From positions 320,001 to 384,000 of the forward strand of contig OY729431.1 of assembly GCA_963422395.1 (NCBI GenBank): 64,000 nucleotides of DNA, in the 5' to 3' direction. Position 1 is the stretch's first letter, and each line of letters opens with the position of its first letter. Shown here in pieces: positions 48,657-57,409 of the stretch. A model generated the notes under the pieces. It was not told the DNA's origin, did not search any database, and saw nothing but the letters and a program-made list of their open reading frames with translations. This stretch comes from Vicinamibacteria bacterium (lineage in GTDB: Bacteria; Acidobacteriota; Vicinamibacteria; Marinacidobacterales; Marinacidobacteraceae). The position numbers and the translations under genes were made by a program.

Positions 48657-50357
48657 TCAAGGAGCGGGTTCGGAAACCTCTTCTTGCTCTTCCTCCGCAG
48701 GGGCGTCGGGCAGCAGTCCCGCGTAGGCGTAGAGGAAGGTCGCCACCGTCTTCTCGCCGCCGGCCATCCCGTACACCTCACCCGCTCCCTCGATCACCCA
48801 GAACTCGTTCGCCGCGTGGGCGCCCCCGCCGTGTCCCCCGGCTCCGCCCACGATCGGCATGGCGAGATCCGTCCCGTCCGGGAGCGAGCCGTCTCTCCCG
48901 CTGAACAGATATGCCGGCCAGTAGCCCCCGAGGATGGATTCGCCCTCGATCGGCTGCCGGTAACGGATGTCGAAGATGTCGTAGGTACGCAAGAGCGACT
49001 CCGCCGCACGGTTGTCGTAGTTGGATTTCGACCACGGGACATCGCCGACGATCGTCATCTCCACATCCTCGTATCCCTGCTCGTCGAGGTAGTCGCGGAC
49101 CTTCTGCACCATGGCCAGCCCGTCCTGGCCCGGCACATAGCGGATGTTGTGCTTGGAGGTGATCCGGTTCGGCAGGATCGCGCCGGCCCCGCCGGGGTAC
49201 ATGTTCCCGGCCCAGACCCCGTCCATGTTGAAGGAGATCCCGTAGCGCGCGTTCTTCAGATGCTGCAGCGGATCGTCGGTCATGAAGCGGGCCACCCCGA
49301 TGTTCTCGGCGGCGACCGTGAGGTCCAGGTTTTCCGCCGCGCTTCGGAACATCGCCTCCTCGGCGGGGGTCAGCGGGGCGGCGCCGTCGTAGAAGCCGGG
49401 CACCAGCACCCGGTTTCCGTCGTCGGAGATCAGGGTGGACAGCATCTTGATGTGCCGCAGCGCGGGAGCGTCGGTGGAGCGCTTGTGGGCGCCGTGGATG
49501 TTCGAGGCCAGCGGACCCCGGCCCCAGCTCGCCCCGCTCGTCGTCAACTCGATGTACACGCACCCCTCCGAACCGCCGCCGATCCCGGCGGCCCCGGAGC
49601 GCGACTGCGACCCGAAGCGGTACATGGCCTCGGCCTCTCGGAAGAGCTCGGGGTTCTCCCGCACGAACTGGCGCAGGCCGATGGACATCCGCTCCTCGTC
49701 CCCCTCGGCGACGAAGATCAGGTTCACCGGCATCGAGCCCGTCACCTCGTAGATCGAGTGGAAGGCGTTCCACTGGGTCATCTGCGGCCCCTTCGAGTTC
49801 GTGGCACCCCGCCCAACCATCACTTTCTGGAACGGACCGAACTCGGTCAGCTCGCCGTCGAACGGCGGCAGCACCCAGGCCTCGGGCTGGGTGATCGGCA
49901 TCGTGTCGTACATCCAGTAGATGAGCAGCGTCCGCTCCTGTCCGTAGTCGCAGTTGGCATAGACGACCGGGTTGCCCGGCTGCCCCCACTCGGTCATGGG
50001 AATGTCGTACACCTGCGACTGCTGGCAGCCGAGCTGGTCGAAGAAGCCCTTGACCATCTGGGCGGACTCGGGGATGCCCTCGCCGGAGTTGGAAATGCTG
50101 GGCTGCTGGATCCAGCGGCGGAGGTTCGTCACATGGCGGTCCACGTTCTCGTCGATGTGGGCGAACACCTGCCGCAGTTCCTCGGGGAGCTGTTCGAGGT
50201 CGGGGGCGATCTCGGTGTCGCCCTGCGCCCGGATCCCGAGAGTCTCCCCGGCGGCTGAGCCCGCCTCGTCCTCCGCCTCCGGCGCCCCGCAGCCGTAAAT
50301 GGCCAACCCGGAAAGGGCCAGCGCCAACACACCGCATCGAAACGCTTCGGGCATCAT
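48657..50357 (-). CDS. M20 family metallopeptidase/amidohydrolase lipoprotein (intact copy)
   Basis: GRGATNSKG, EGDEE and GAHAANE; lipobox IYGC; the usual HxD reads MYD. Confidence 0.85.
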   Translation of the reverse strand: MMPEAFRCGVLALALSGLAIYGCGAPEAEDEAGSAAGETLGIRAQGDTEIAPDLEQLPEELRQVFAHIDENVDRHVTNLRRWIQQPSISNSGEGIPESAQMVKGFFDQLGCQQSQVYDIPMTEWGQPGNPVVYANCDYGQERTLLIYWMYDTMPITQPEAWVLPPFDGELTEFGPFQKVMVGRGATNSKGPQMTQWNAFHSIYEVTGSMPVNLIFVAEGDEERMSIGLRQFVRENPELFREAEAMYRFGSQSRSGAAGIGGGSEGCVYIELTTSGASWGRGPLASNIHGAHKRSTDAPALRHIKMLSTLISDDGNRVLVPGFYDGAAPLTPAEEAMFRSAAENLDLTVAAENIGVARFMTDDPLQHLKNARYGISFNMDGVWAGNMYPGGAGAILPNRITSKHNIRYVPGQDGLAMVQKVRDYLDEQGYEDVEMTIVGDVPWSKSNYDNRAAESLLRTYDIFDIRYRQPIEGESILGGYWPAYLFSGRDGSLPDGTDLAMPIVGGAGGHGGGAHAANEFWVIEGAGEVYGMAGGEKTVATFLYAYAGLLPDAPAEEEQEEVSEPAP

Positions 50358-50458
50358 CGGAAATCTCCTCAGAAAATCGAGACCGGAGTGCGGCCGTTCG
50401 TAACTTCCAGCACCATCGGCGCCAGCAGACCAGACGACACGCCGGACGACAGAGGGAG

Positions 50459-50488
50459 AAGATATGCGGGCGTCCTCCGCCGTGTCAA
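50459..50488 (-). promoter_or_regulatory. Putative sigma70 promoter of the M20-ATPase-permease unit
   Basis: TTGACA-18 bp-TATCTT on the minus strand. Confidence 0.45.
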
Positions 50489-51738
50489 AGATACGAGCCG
50501 TCTTCTGGTGCTGGGCCTTCGCTGCGGCGTTCGCCTGCGGTCCGCCTGCCCGGGCTCCCGCGGACGCCTCTCCCCGGACCGCCGACGCCCTCGCGGAACG
50601 CTACGTCCGGTTGGCGTTCGCGCTCGACGCCCTCGATCCTCTGTTCCTCGATCTGGTCTTCGTTTCCGCACCAGCCGGCCTGCGAGGTAGCGACGGAAGC
50701 CCGGCGCTCTCGCTCGCCGAAATCGCGGAACGCGCCGGTCGCCTCGCCGAGGCTGCGGGAGGCATCGCGCGCACCGAGGACGAATTCCGCGTGCGCCGGA
50801 TCACCGCTTCGATTCGGGCGTTGGGCTTTCGCGCCCGCGCGCTGCTCGGCGAACGCCGAACGGTTCGGGAGGAGTTGCGCGAGGTGTTCGGCCTCGACTG
50901 GACCGAGCCGGCCATCGCCCTCGAACGCCTCCACTTCCGGGTGGACCGCGCCCTTCCCGGAGTGGGGCCGCTCCGGGTGCGGGTCCGCCGGCACTACGAA
51001 CGGGCCGGCGTTTCCAGCGAGAGCGCTTCTTCCTCCCTCGCCGAGGCCCTCGCCCGGTGCCGCGCGCGGATGCTCCCGGAGCCGGCGCCGCTCGCGCTCG
51101 AACCGCTGCGCCTCGCGTGGGTCCCTCCTGCCGCTGCGTCGCGGCTGCCGACCGGACCGGCACCCTTCTACCGCTATGAGGGGGCGGGGCGCGGGGTGCT
51201 CCGGTTGCCTGCCGGCCTCGCTTTCCGGCCTGGGGAATTCGACCGGCTCGCCTGCCACGAGGGGGTCCCCGGCCACCATTTGCAGGCAGTGGTCGCCGAT
51301 CGGCACTTCCGCGCCACCGGCTGGCCGGAACTGGGGATCGTCCCACTCTACGGGCCGCGCACTGCGGTGTTCGAGGGCCTCGCCGCGACCTTCGAGCGGT
51401 TGGCGCCCGCCGATGCTGCGGACGAAGCTCTCCGGGATCTCGAACCGGTCGTCACCGGGGTGCTCGCCCGCTACCTCGACGGCGAACTCGGCCGTCTCGA
51501 GGCGCTGCGGGCTCTCGATTTCGAAGCGCTCGTTCCCGATCCGCATGCTCTCCTCGACCACGCCGACCGCTTCGGGGGGTACGCTTTGGTTCGGCCCCCG
51601 GCCGATCCCGTGTTCCGCGCCGCTCTCGAAACCCTGCTCGACCCCGGCCTCAGTCGGGATGACCGCTTCCGAACCACCGTGCGGGTTATCCGGGAGGCGA
51701 TGAGCCCGCGGGAACTCGTGGAGGTGCTGGGGCGATGA
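50464..51738 (+). CDS. DUF885-like putative zinc metalloprotein (lipoprotein)
   Basis: CHEGVPGHHLQ and downstream FEGLA; lipobox AFAC. Confidence 0.65.
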   Translation: MRASSAVSKIRAVFWCWAFAAAFACGPPARAPADASPRTADALAERYVRLAFALDALDPLFLDLVFVSAPAGLRGSDGSPALSLAEIAERAGRLAEAAGGIARTEDEFRVRRITASIRALGFRARALLGERRTVREELREVFGLDWTEPAIALERLHFRVDRALPGVGPLRVRVRRHYERAGVSSESASSSLAEALARCRARMLPEPAPLALEPLRLAWVPPAAASRLPTGPAPFYRYEGAGRGVLRLPAGLAFRPGEFDRLACHEGVPGHHLQAVVADRHFRATGWPELGIVPLYGPRTAVFEGLAATFERLAPADAADEALRDLEPVVTGVLARYLDGELGRLEALRALDFEALVPDPHALLDHADRFGGYALVRPPADPVFRAALETLLDPGLSRDDRFRTTVRVIREAMSPRELVEVLGR

Positions 51739-52283
51739 GACGCCTCGCTGCCCTCCCTGCGATTTGCCTGTTCTCCTGTTGTCTGTTCGCCTGCGGAGTG
51801 CCGGGTGAAGATCCAGACGCCGCCGGTGGCATGGATGGGACGGCTGGGATGGGCGGTATGGCGATGGCACACGGCGACCATTCTCCCCGCTATGGCGGCC
51901 ATGTGTTCATGCACGGCGATCTCCACTTCGAGGTCGTGCTCGGCGATAGCGGCGAACACCGCATCTACTTTTCGGACGCGATGCGGAGTGAGTTGCCGGC
52001 GGCAGTCGCCGAAGATGTACGGATCACCTTGCGGCGTGGTGGAGAAGGCGGGGAACTCGAACCACTCCGTCCCGAGATCGACGAGTTCGGCGAAGCCTGG
52101 GTGGCGCGCAGCCGCCCCATCGAGAGTGAAGACACTGCGGCCATCGTGTACTTCCGCTTCGAAGGCTCTCCTTACGAAATCGAAGTCCCCTACCTCATGG
52201 CGCCGCCCACGGTGGACCCGCATACCGGCAGGCTGCTTCCGGCGGCGCCCCCTCCGGATCCCCGCGGCGGTTCGGCGCCCTGA
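51735..52283 (+). CDS. His/Met-rich hypothetical lipoprotein (putative metal-binding)
   Basis: Lipobox LFAC; GMDGTAGMGGMAMAHGDHSPRYGGHVFMHGDLHFE; ATGA overlap. Confidence 0.75.
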   Translation: MRRLAALPAICLFSCCLFACGVPGEDPDAAGGMDGTAGMGGMAMAHGDHSPRYGGHVFMHGDLHFEVVLGDSGEHRIYFSDAMRSELPAAVAEDVRITLRRGGEGGELEPLRPEIDEFGEAWVARSRPIESEDTAAIVYFRFEGSPYEIEVPYLMAPPTVDPHTGRLLPAAPPPDPRGGSAP

Positions 52284-52418
52284 TCGCCGGCAAATCCGGA
52301 CGGTGGACTCGATGAAGTGATTCGCCGGCGGATCCTGGCTCGTGACCGGCGGAACCCGCTTGTCCCGATGGAGCCGAGCGCCGCGGAGTAGGGCCGAAAA
52401 CTCCGCCCCGAAGCGGGC

Positions 52419-53765
52419 CTACTCGGAGCGCAGCGCCACGATCGGATCGAGTCTCGACGCTCGCCGGGCGGGGTACCAGCCGAAAAAGACTCCGACCCCC
52501 GCTGCCAGCGTTGCGGCTCCCGCGACCGCGAGCGCCGGGATCAGCGTGCGCCAGCCGAGCAGCGCCTCGACCACCGAGGAGGAAAGCCCGCCGATCGCGA
52601 CCCCGAAGATTCCGCCCAGTACCGAAAGCCCCACCGCCTCGGCGAGGAACTGCCACATGACATCGCGCCGCCGCGCCCCCACCGCGAGCCGCAGTCCGAT
52701 CTCGCGGGTCCGCTCGGTGACTGCGAGCAGCATCACATTCATGATTCCGACGCCGCCCACGATCAGCGAGACGCCGGCGAGCGCTCCGAGCAGGAGCGTC
52801 ATCGTCGAGGTCGCCCGGTTCAGTGTGCCCACCATCTCTTCCGAGGTCACTTCGTCCAGTTTCGGCATCGAGGCGAGTACGAAGGCCGCCGCAGTGGTGT
52901 AGAGCCCCTGGGTCAGCGCCGAAGTGGCTTCGGTTCGTACCACGAAGTCGTCCGGCAGCCGCGCCCCGCGCCGGAAGGCGTGCGGTGCGTCGGACTCCGG
53001 AGGCGGTGCGGAGCGAGTCAGTTCGTGCCGTTCGCGCAACAGGTTCGACACGGCCCGCGCTACCCGAGAAGCGTCGCCGGCGCGCTCGGTTGCGATCGCC
53101 ACCGCCTGCAGATAGTCCCTGCCCACGAGTTCGAGCAACACCGGATAGGGGACCATGACCGCCTCGGCGAGCCGCCGGTCCGCCGACTGATAGACCCCGG
53201 CCACCTCGAATTCCCTCCCCCGGATCACCACCGTGCGCCCCACTGCAGATCCGCCGGGAAACAGTTCGGTCTCCACCGGGCCGGAGAGGAGCGCCGCCGG
53301 GCGCGCCTGCCGGACCGCTGCCGCGCCGAAGCTCCCCCCGTCGAGGAACCGCACCTGGTGGATCGAGGCGGCCTCGGCCGAGACTCCGAGGATCTGCGCG
53401 AACGATTCCCCGCTTTCCGACAGCAGCGCGGTTCGCTCCTCGACCACCGGGCTCACCATCGCCACTTCGGCGACCCCGCGGATCGCCTCGGCGTCTTCCA
53501 CGGTCAGAGTGTCGGCCCGTCCGAACCCCGAGGGGATGTTGACCGCGTCGCCGCCGCGGATGTAGTTGCCGGCGCGGACCACGATGATGTTCGTGCCGGC
53601 GGACCGGACTTCGTCCGCCACCGCCGCTCGCGCTCCCGAACCGAGAGCTGCCATCGTGATCACCGAGGCGACCCCGATGACCAGCCCGGTCAGCGCCAGC
53701 GCAGTCCGCAGCGGGTTCGCGGCGAGAGCCGCTCCTGCGGTTCGCAGCGGGAGGGGCGCTTCCAT
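52419..53765 (-). CDS. MacB/FtsX-type ABC permease
   Basis: GGVGIMNVMLLAVTERTREIGLRLAVGA, LDPIVALRSE. Confidence 0.9.
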   Translation of the reverse strand: MEAPLPLRTAGAALAANPLRTALALTGLVIGVASVITMAALGSGARAAVADEVRSAGTNIIVVRAGNYIRGGDAVNIPSGFGRADTLTVEDAEAIRGVAEVAMVSPVVEERTALLSESGESFAQILGVSAEAASIHQVRFLDGGSFGAAAVRQARPAALLSGPVETELFPGGSAVGRTVVIRGREFEVAGVYQSADRRLAEAVMVPYPVLLELVGRDYLQAVAIATERAGDASRVARAVSNLLRERHELTRSAPPPESDAPHAFRRGARLPDDFVVRTEATSALTQGLYTTAAAFVLASMPKLDEVTSEEMVGTLNRATSTMTLLLGALAGVSLIVGGVGIMNVMLLAVTERTREIGLRLAVGARRRDVMWQFLAEAVGLSVLGGIFGVAIGGLSSSVVEALLGWRTLIPALAVAGAATLAAGVGVFFGWYPARRASRLDPIVALRSE

Positions 53766-53862
53766 GGGGATGTGGAGTCTATGGATCTCTTCCGCCGCCC
53801 GAAAAGCCGCGGGCGCCTGCGGCGAGAGCTGCCGACGGCCGAATCCACGGCGGTGCGGCTCA

Positions 53863-53919
53863 TTGACAAGGGCCGACCCGATTCAAGATACTCGCCGATT
53901 CGGTTTCAAAAAACCGAAT
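53863..53919 (+). promoter_or_regulatory. Putative promoter and palindromic operator/5' hairpin of the TonB receptor gene
   Basis: TTGACA-18-GATACT followed by the inverted repeat attcggttt-caaa-aaaccgaat. Confidence 0.5.
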
Positions 53920-54101
53920 TCTCTCCTCTGTCCTTGATCCGACGGCGGGCGAGAACTCCGCGATGGACACCGTAACCCCATGATTTTTAGTCTTCGCGGA
54001 GTGAATCGGGCATGTTTTGCAGAGCGCGGCCCACTTGTTGCGGTTCTGCTCACATCTTTCCCCAGTTCCATGCTTCCGACCCCACAGGAGGACCAAACAG
54101 C

Positions 54102-57005
54102 ATGAGAAAATCGATTCTCTTCAGCCTGCTGTTGGCTTGGCCGGCCTCGGCCTTCAGCCAGCAGATCTACGGGCGCCTCGAAGGCGCTGCCAACGACGCG
54201 CAGGGCCTCGTTCTCCCCGGAGTGACGGTCACCCTCGAATCCGAGGAACTCGTTGCCCCGCGGACGGCCACCACCGATGTGGACGGCTCCTACCGGTTCG
54301 CCCAGCTCGTCGCTGGCAGCTACGACCTGACCTTCGAGCTCGGCGGTTTCCAGACGGTCGTCTTCGAAGACGTCATCGTGGTCGGCGGTTCGACCTTCGA
54401 GATCAACGCCTCGATGGACATCGCTACGGTCGCCGAGACAGTGACCGTGACCGGCGAGTCGCCGGTGGTGGATGTGAAGACCACCGGGGTGTCGGCGACT
54501 TTCGACACCACCCAGCTCGAGGATGTCCCATCGGCTACCGACATGTGGGCGGTTCTTCAGCAGAGCCCCGGCGTCCGGATGCGCGGCTACGATGTGGGGG
54601 GATCCCACAAGAGCCAGCAGTCCGGCTACGAGACCTTCGGCGTCCGCGGCCAGAACCGGATCATCAACGATGGGGTGAACACCACCGAGGGCACTGGCGG
54701 CGCCGGCGGCTACTACGACTTCTACGCCATCGGCGAGTTCCAGGTGTCGGCACAAGGTGCCGATGTGGAGATGTCGACCCCAGGCGCGCAGGTGAACGCA
54801 GTGTGGAAGAGCGGCGGCAACGACTTCTCCGGCACTCAGCACGGGGCTTGGGAGCCTGCCGATTGGATCGCCGACAACATCACCTCTGACCTTTCTTCCC
54901 GCGGCGGGACATCGGCTCCGGTCGTCGAGTTCTACGAATATCACCTCGATCTGGGCGGTCCGATCGTGCGGGACAAGGCGTGGTTCTACGCGGCGTACAA
55001 CCGCTTCGTCATCGACCGGATCATCTCCGGACAGGATCCGAGTGTTGCCACCGATCTCGGTGACTTCGACATGTTCACCGTCAAGGCCAACGTGCAGCTG
55101 ACCGAGCGGGATCAATTCATAACCTTCCATCATTGGTCCTTGAAACAAAAGCCGTTCCGTGGGTTGTCTGCCAATGTTCCGGCCGAATCCATCCGCGCCC
55201 AGGATTCCTGGACTTGGTTGCACAAGGCCGAGTGGCAGCGCGTGTGGAGCGATCGGCTCTACTCGAACATCCAGGTGAACCATTTCGGCTTCGGCTGGCC
55301 GATGGTCCCTGCGGTGGACCCGGCCTCTGCTCCCCCTCGTATCGATCTCGGGACGGACAAGTTGACCGGTGCCGGTTGGGGAGTCTTCACCTGGTATCGC
55401 TGGAAACCGCATTCCACCGGCCAGTTCAACTACTACCTGCCCACGGATGCAGGTAGCCACGACTTGAAGTTCGGATGGGATTGGCAGATCGACGAATCGC
55501 AGTTCGGTTGGAATTCGAATTCCGGTGCTATTCGATACCGCGATGACAGCAACCAGGATCCAGCGAGGCCTCACAATGTGAGGGAAGTGGATTTCTGGAG
55601 TGTTCCCAACCTGAATTACGACCGGAACACCCATCTGGATTTCTTTCTCCAGGATGTGTGGACCATCAACGATCGACTGACACTGAATGCAGGTGTCCGA
55701 GTCGGAAGCCAGTTCATGGCGTACCTCGATTCCGACAATGTTCCTGGCGGACCTTGCGTCGATGGTCTCGGGTGTGTTCGTGAGATCGCCGATATCGATC
55801 CGAATGTGGCAGCTGCGCTTCCGCAGTTGTTCGGGCCTGGTGCTCCGGTGTCGGGAGACTCCGTCATCAACTGGTGGAATATCGCTCCGCGAGTGGGCTT
55901 CACCTACGATCTCACCGGCGAAGGGCGGTCCGTTCTCAAGGGTTACTGGGGCCGTTACTACAGCAACATGGGAACAGGGATCGACGATGCCAATCCAGGA
56001 AGCAACAAAAATGTTCGGTACGAATTCCTCGACCACAATGAGAACGGTTTGTTCGACGGCGTCGGAGAGCTCGGAGCGCGGCTCTCGGGCAGTACGGGGG
56101 CAGGTTTGGGCGTGGAGCGTCCCGAACCTGTGGGGGATCCTGTCGACTCCGGTCTCTGGGTGCCTCATGTGGATGAACTGAGCCTTTCTGGTGAGCACCA
56201 GCTCGGTGCCGATCTCGGATTGCGTGCCTCTTTCGTGCACAAGCGCCAGACGGGTGGCTGGGACAACCTGAATATCGCCAGGATAGGAACGCTCACGAAC
56301 ACGCAGAATGTTCCGTGCCCGGCAGCCTGCGACACGGCCGGATTCGGCGGCACCACTCTTGCTGTGAATGGCTTGCCCGACGGCGCCCCGACCAGCGAGA
56401 ATCTGTATACGAACACTCCGGACGGAGAGTCCGATTTCCGATGGAGTACGGTATCCCTCGGGGTCAATCGCCGCTTCCGGAACAACTTCTTCTGGAATGC
56501 CTACTTCGACTATCAGTGGCGGCATGAAGGCCGGACTCCGGGCCAATCCACCAGCCCCCTGACTACCGACCCGGTGGGCGTCGGTTGGAGCTATCCGTAC
56601 GGTCCGATCTCCCTGATTCAGGATGTAACGAACTGGCAGTTCAAATCCGCCGGACGGTATGTCATGCCATACGACATCGGTACAGCAGGTACTCTTCGTT
56701 TCGTCAGCGGCTTTCCGTGGGCACCCTTGCTCTCGATCGGCGTTCCGAATGTCGGCAATCAGACGATTTTCCTCGACGATATCGGTAACCGCAGGTCCGA
56801 TAATGTGATGATTCTGGACTTCCGTCTCGACAAGACTTTCCCCATCGGAAACACGGCGGAGATTCAGCTGATCGCAGACGTTTTCAACGCACTGAACAAC
56901 GCTTCCGAAACGAACTTCAACATGAGTGCCGGCAGTGCGTTCCGGGAGCCCATCGAATGGATCCAGGGGCGCACGATCGGATTCAGCGCGAGGTTGACTT
57001 TCTAA
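54102..57005 (+). CDS. Oar-like TonB-dependent receptor with carboxypeptidase-regulatory N-terminal domain
   Basis: LPGVTVT, ETVTVTGESPVVD, LGGPIVRDKAWF, APRVGFTYD and C-terminal F; AGGAGG RBS. Confidence 0.92.
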   Translation: MRKSILFSLLLAWPASAFSQQIYGRLEGAANDAQGLVLPGVTVTLESEELVAPRTATTDVDGSYRFAQLVAGSYDLTFELGGFQTVVFEDVIVVGGSTFEINASMDIATVAETVTVTGESPVVDVKTTGVSATFDTTQLEDVPSATDMWAVLQQSPGVRMRGYDVGGSHKSQQSGYETFGVRGQNRIINDGVNTTEGTGGAGGYYDFYAIGEFQVSAQGADVEMSTPGAQVNAVWKSGGNDFSGTQHGAWEPADWIADNITSDLSSRGGTSAPVVEFYEYHLDLGGPIVRDKAWFYAAYNRFVIDRIISGQDPSVATDLGDFDMFTVKANVQLTERDQFITFHHWSLKQKPFRGLSANVPAESIRAQDSWTWLHKAEWQRVWSDRLYSNIQVNHFGFGWPMVPAVDPASAPPRIDLGTDKLTGAGWGVFTWYRWKPHSTGQFNYYLPTDAGSHDLKFGWDWQIDESQFGWNSNSGAIRYRDDSNQDPARPHNVREVDFWSVPNLNYDRNTHLDFFLQDVWTINDRLTLNAGVRVGSQFMAYLDSDNVPGGPCVDGLGCVREIADIDPNVAAALPQLFGPGAPVSGDSVINWWNIAPRVGFTYDLTGEGRSVLKGYWGRYYSNMGTGIDDANPGSNKNVRYEFLDHNENGLFDGVGELGARLSGSTGAGLGVERPEPVGDPVDSGLWVPHVDELSLSGEHQLGADLGLRASFVHKRQTGGWDNLNIARIGTLTNTQNVPCPAACDTAGFGGTTLAVNGLPDGAPTSENLYTNTPDGESDFRWSTVSLGVNRRFRNNFFWNAYFDYQWRHEGRTPGQSTSPLTTDPVGVGWSYPYGPISLIQDVTNWQFKSAGRYVMPYDIGTAGTLRFVSGFPWAPLLSIGVPNVGNQTIFLDDIGNRRSDNVMILDFRLDKTFPIGNTAEIQLIADVFNALNNASETNFNMSAGSAFREPIEWIQGRTIGFSARLTF

Positions 57006-57038
57006 GCCGCCTTTCTAAAAAACCAAACGCGATACCCG

Positions 57039-57073
57039 AAGCCCGTCGCCTCCTGGAGAGGCGGCGGGCTTTC
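57039..57073 (+). terminator. Intrinsic terminator hairpin
   Basis: aagcccgtcgcctc-ctgga-gaggcggcgggctt followed by a short T run. Confidence 0.7.
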
Positions 57074-57220
57074 TCGATGTTGCCCGTGAACCTCGAGACG
57101 TCGCGGGTTCGACAGATGCTTGCCCGATCGGATCTGAGCGCGACCGAGGAAGATGGCGGGGTGCACTGGATCGTCGAGACGAAAGGCCGAAACGCAACGA
57201 TTAGCCCCGTGAAACGGGGC

Positions 57221-57280
57221 GGTTCAGCCGGGGCCCCACCGGGAGAACTGGGCCGCGTGACTTCATCCACAGGCTGCTAG
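57221..57280 (-). repeat. Left-end copy of the MITE-like element
   Basis: Reverse complement ctagcagcctgtggatgaagtcacgcggcccagttctcccggtggggccccggctgaa matches 6008-6082 apart from an internal indel. Confidence 0.75.
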
Positions 57281-57409
57281 CTGTGACCTTGCGGTAGGTT
57301 GTTCACGCGAGCCCGATGCCCGGAACTCATGGGTATCCACGATCTCTCAGCAGGAGGAGGCCGAGCGGGTCGGGCATCCTCGCGGGAGCGGGTCTCGTAC
57401 CCTTGCCGA

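Noticed and set aside
18732-50386. Diversity-generating retroelement (TR/VR) explanation for the M20 duplicates
   Set aside because: Mismatches are not adenine-specific, include synonymous multi-base swaps and span the whole gene; no reverse transcriptase is present.
53883-56546. 887-aa antisense ORF over the TonB receptor
   Set aside because: Antisense shadow caused by codon bias; no recognisable motifs.
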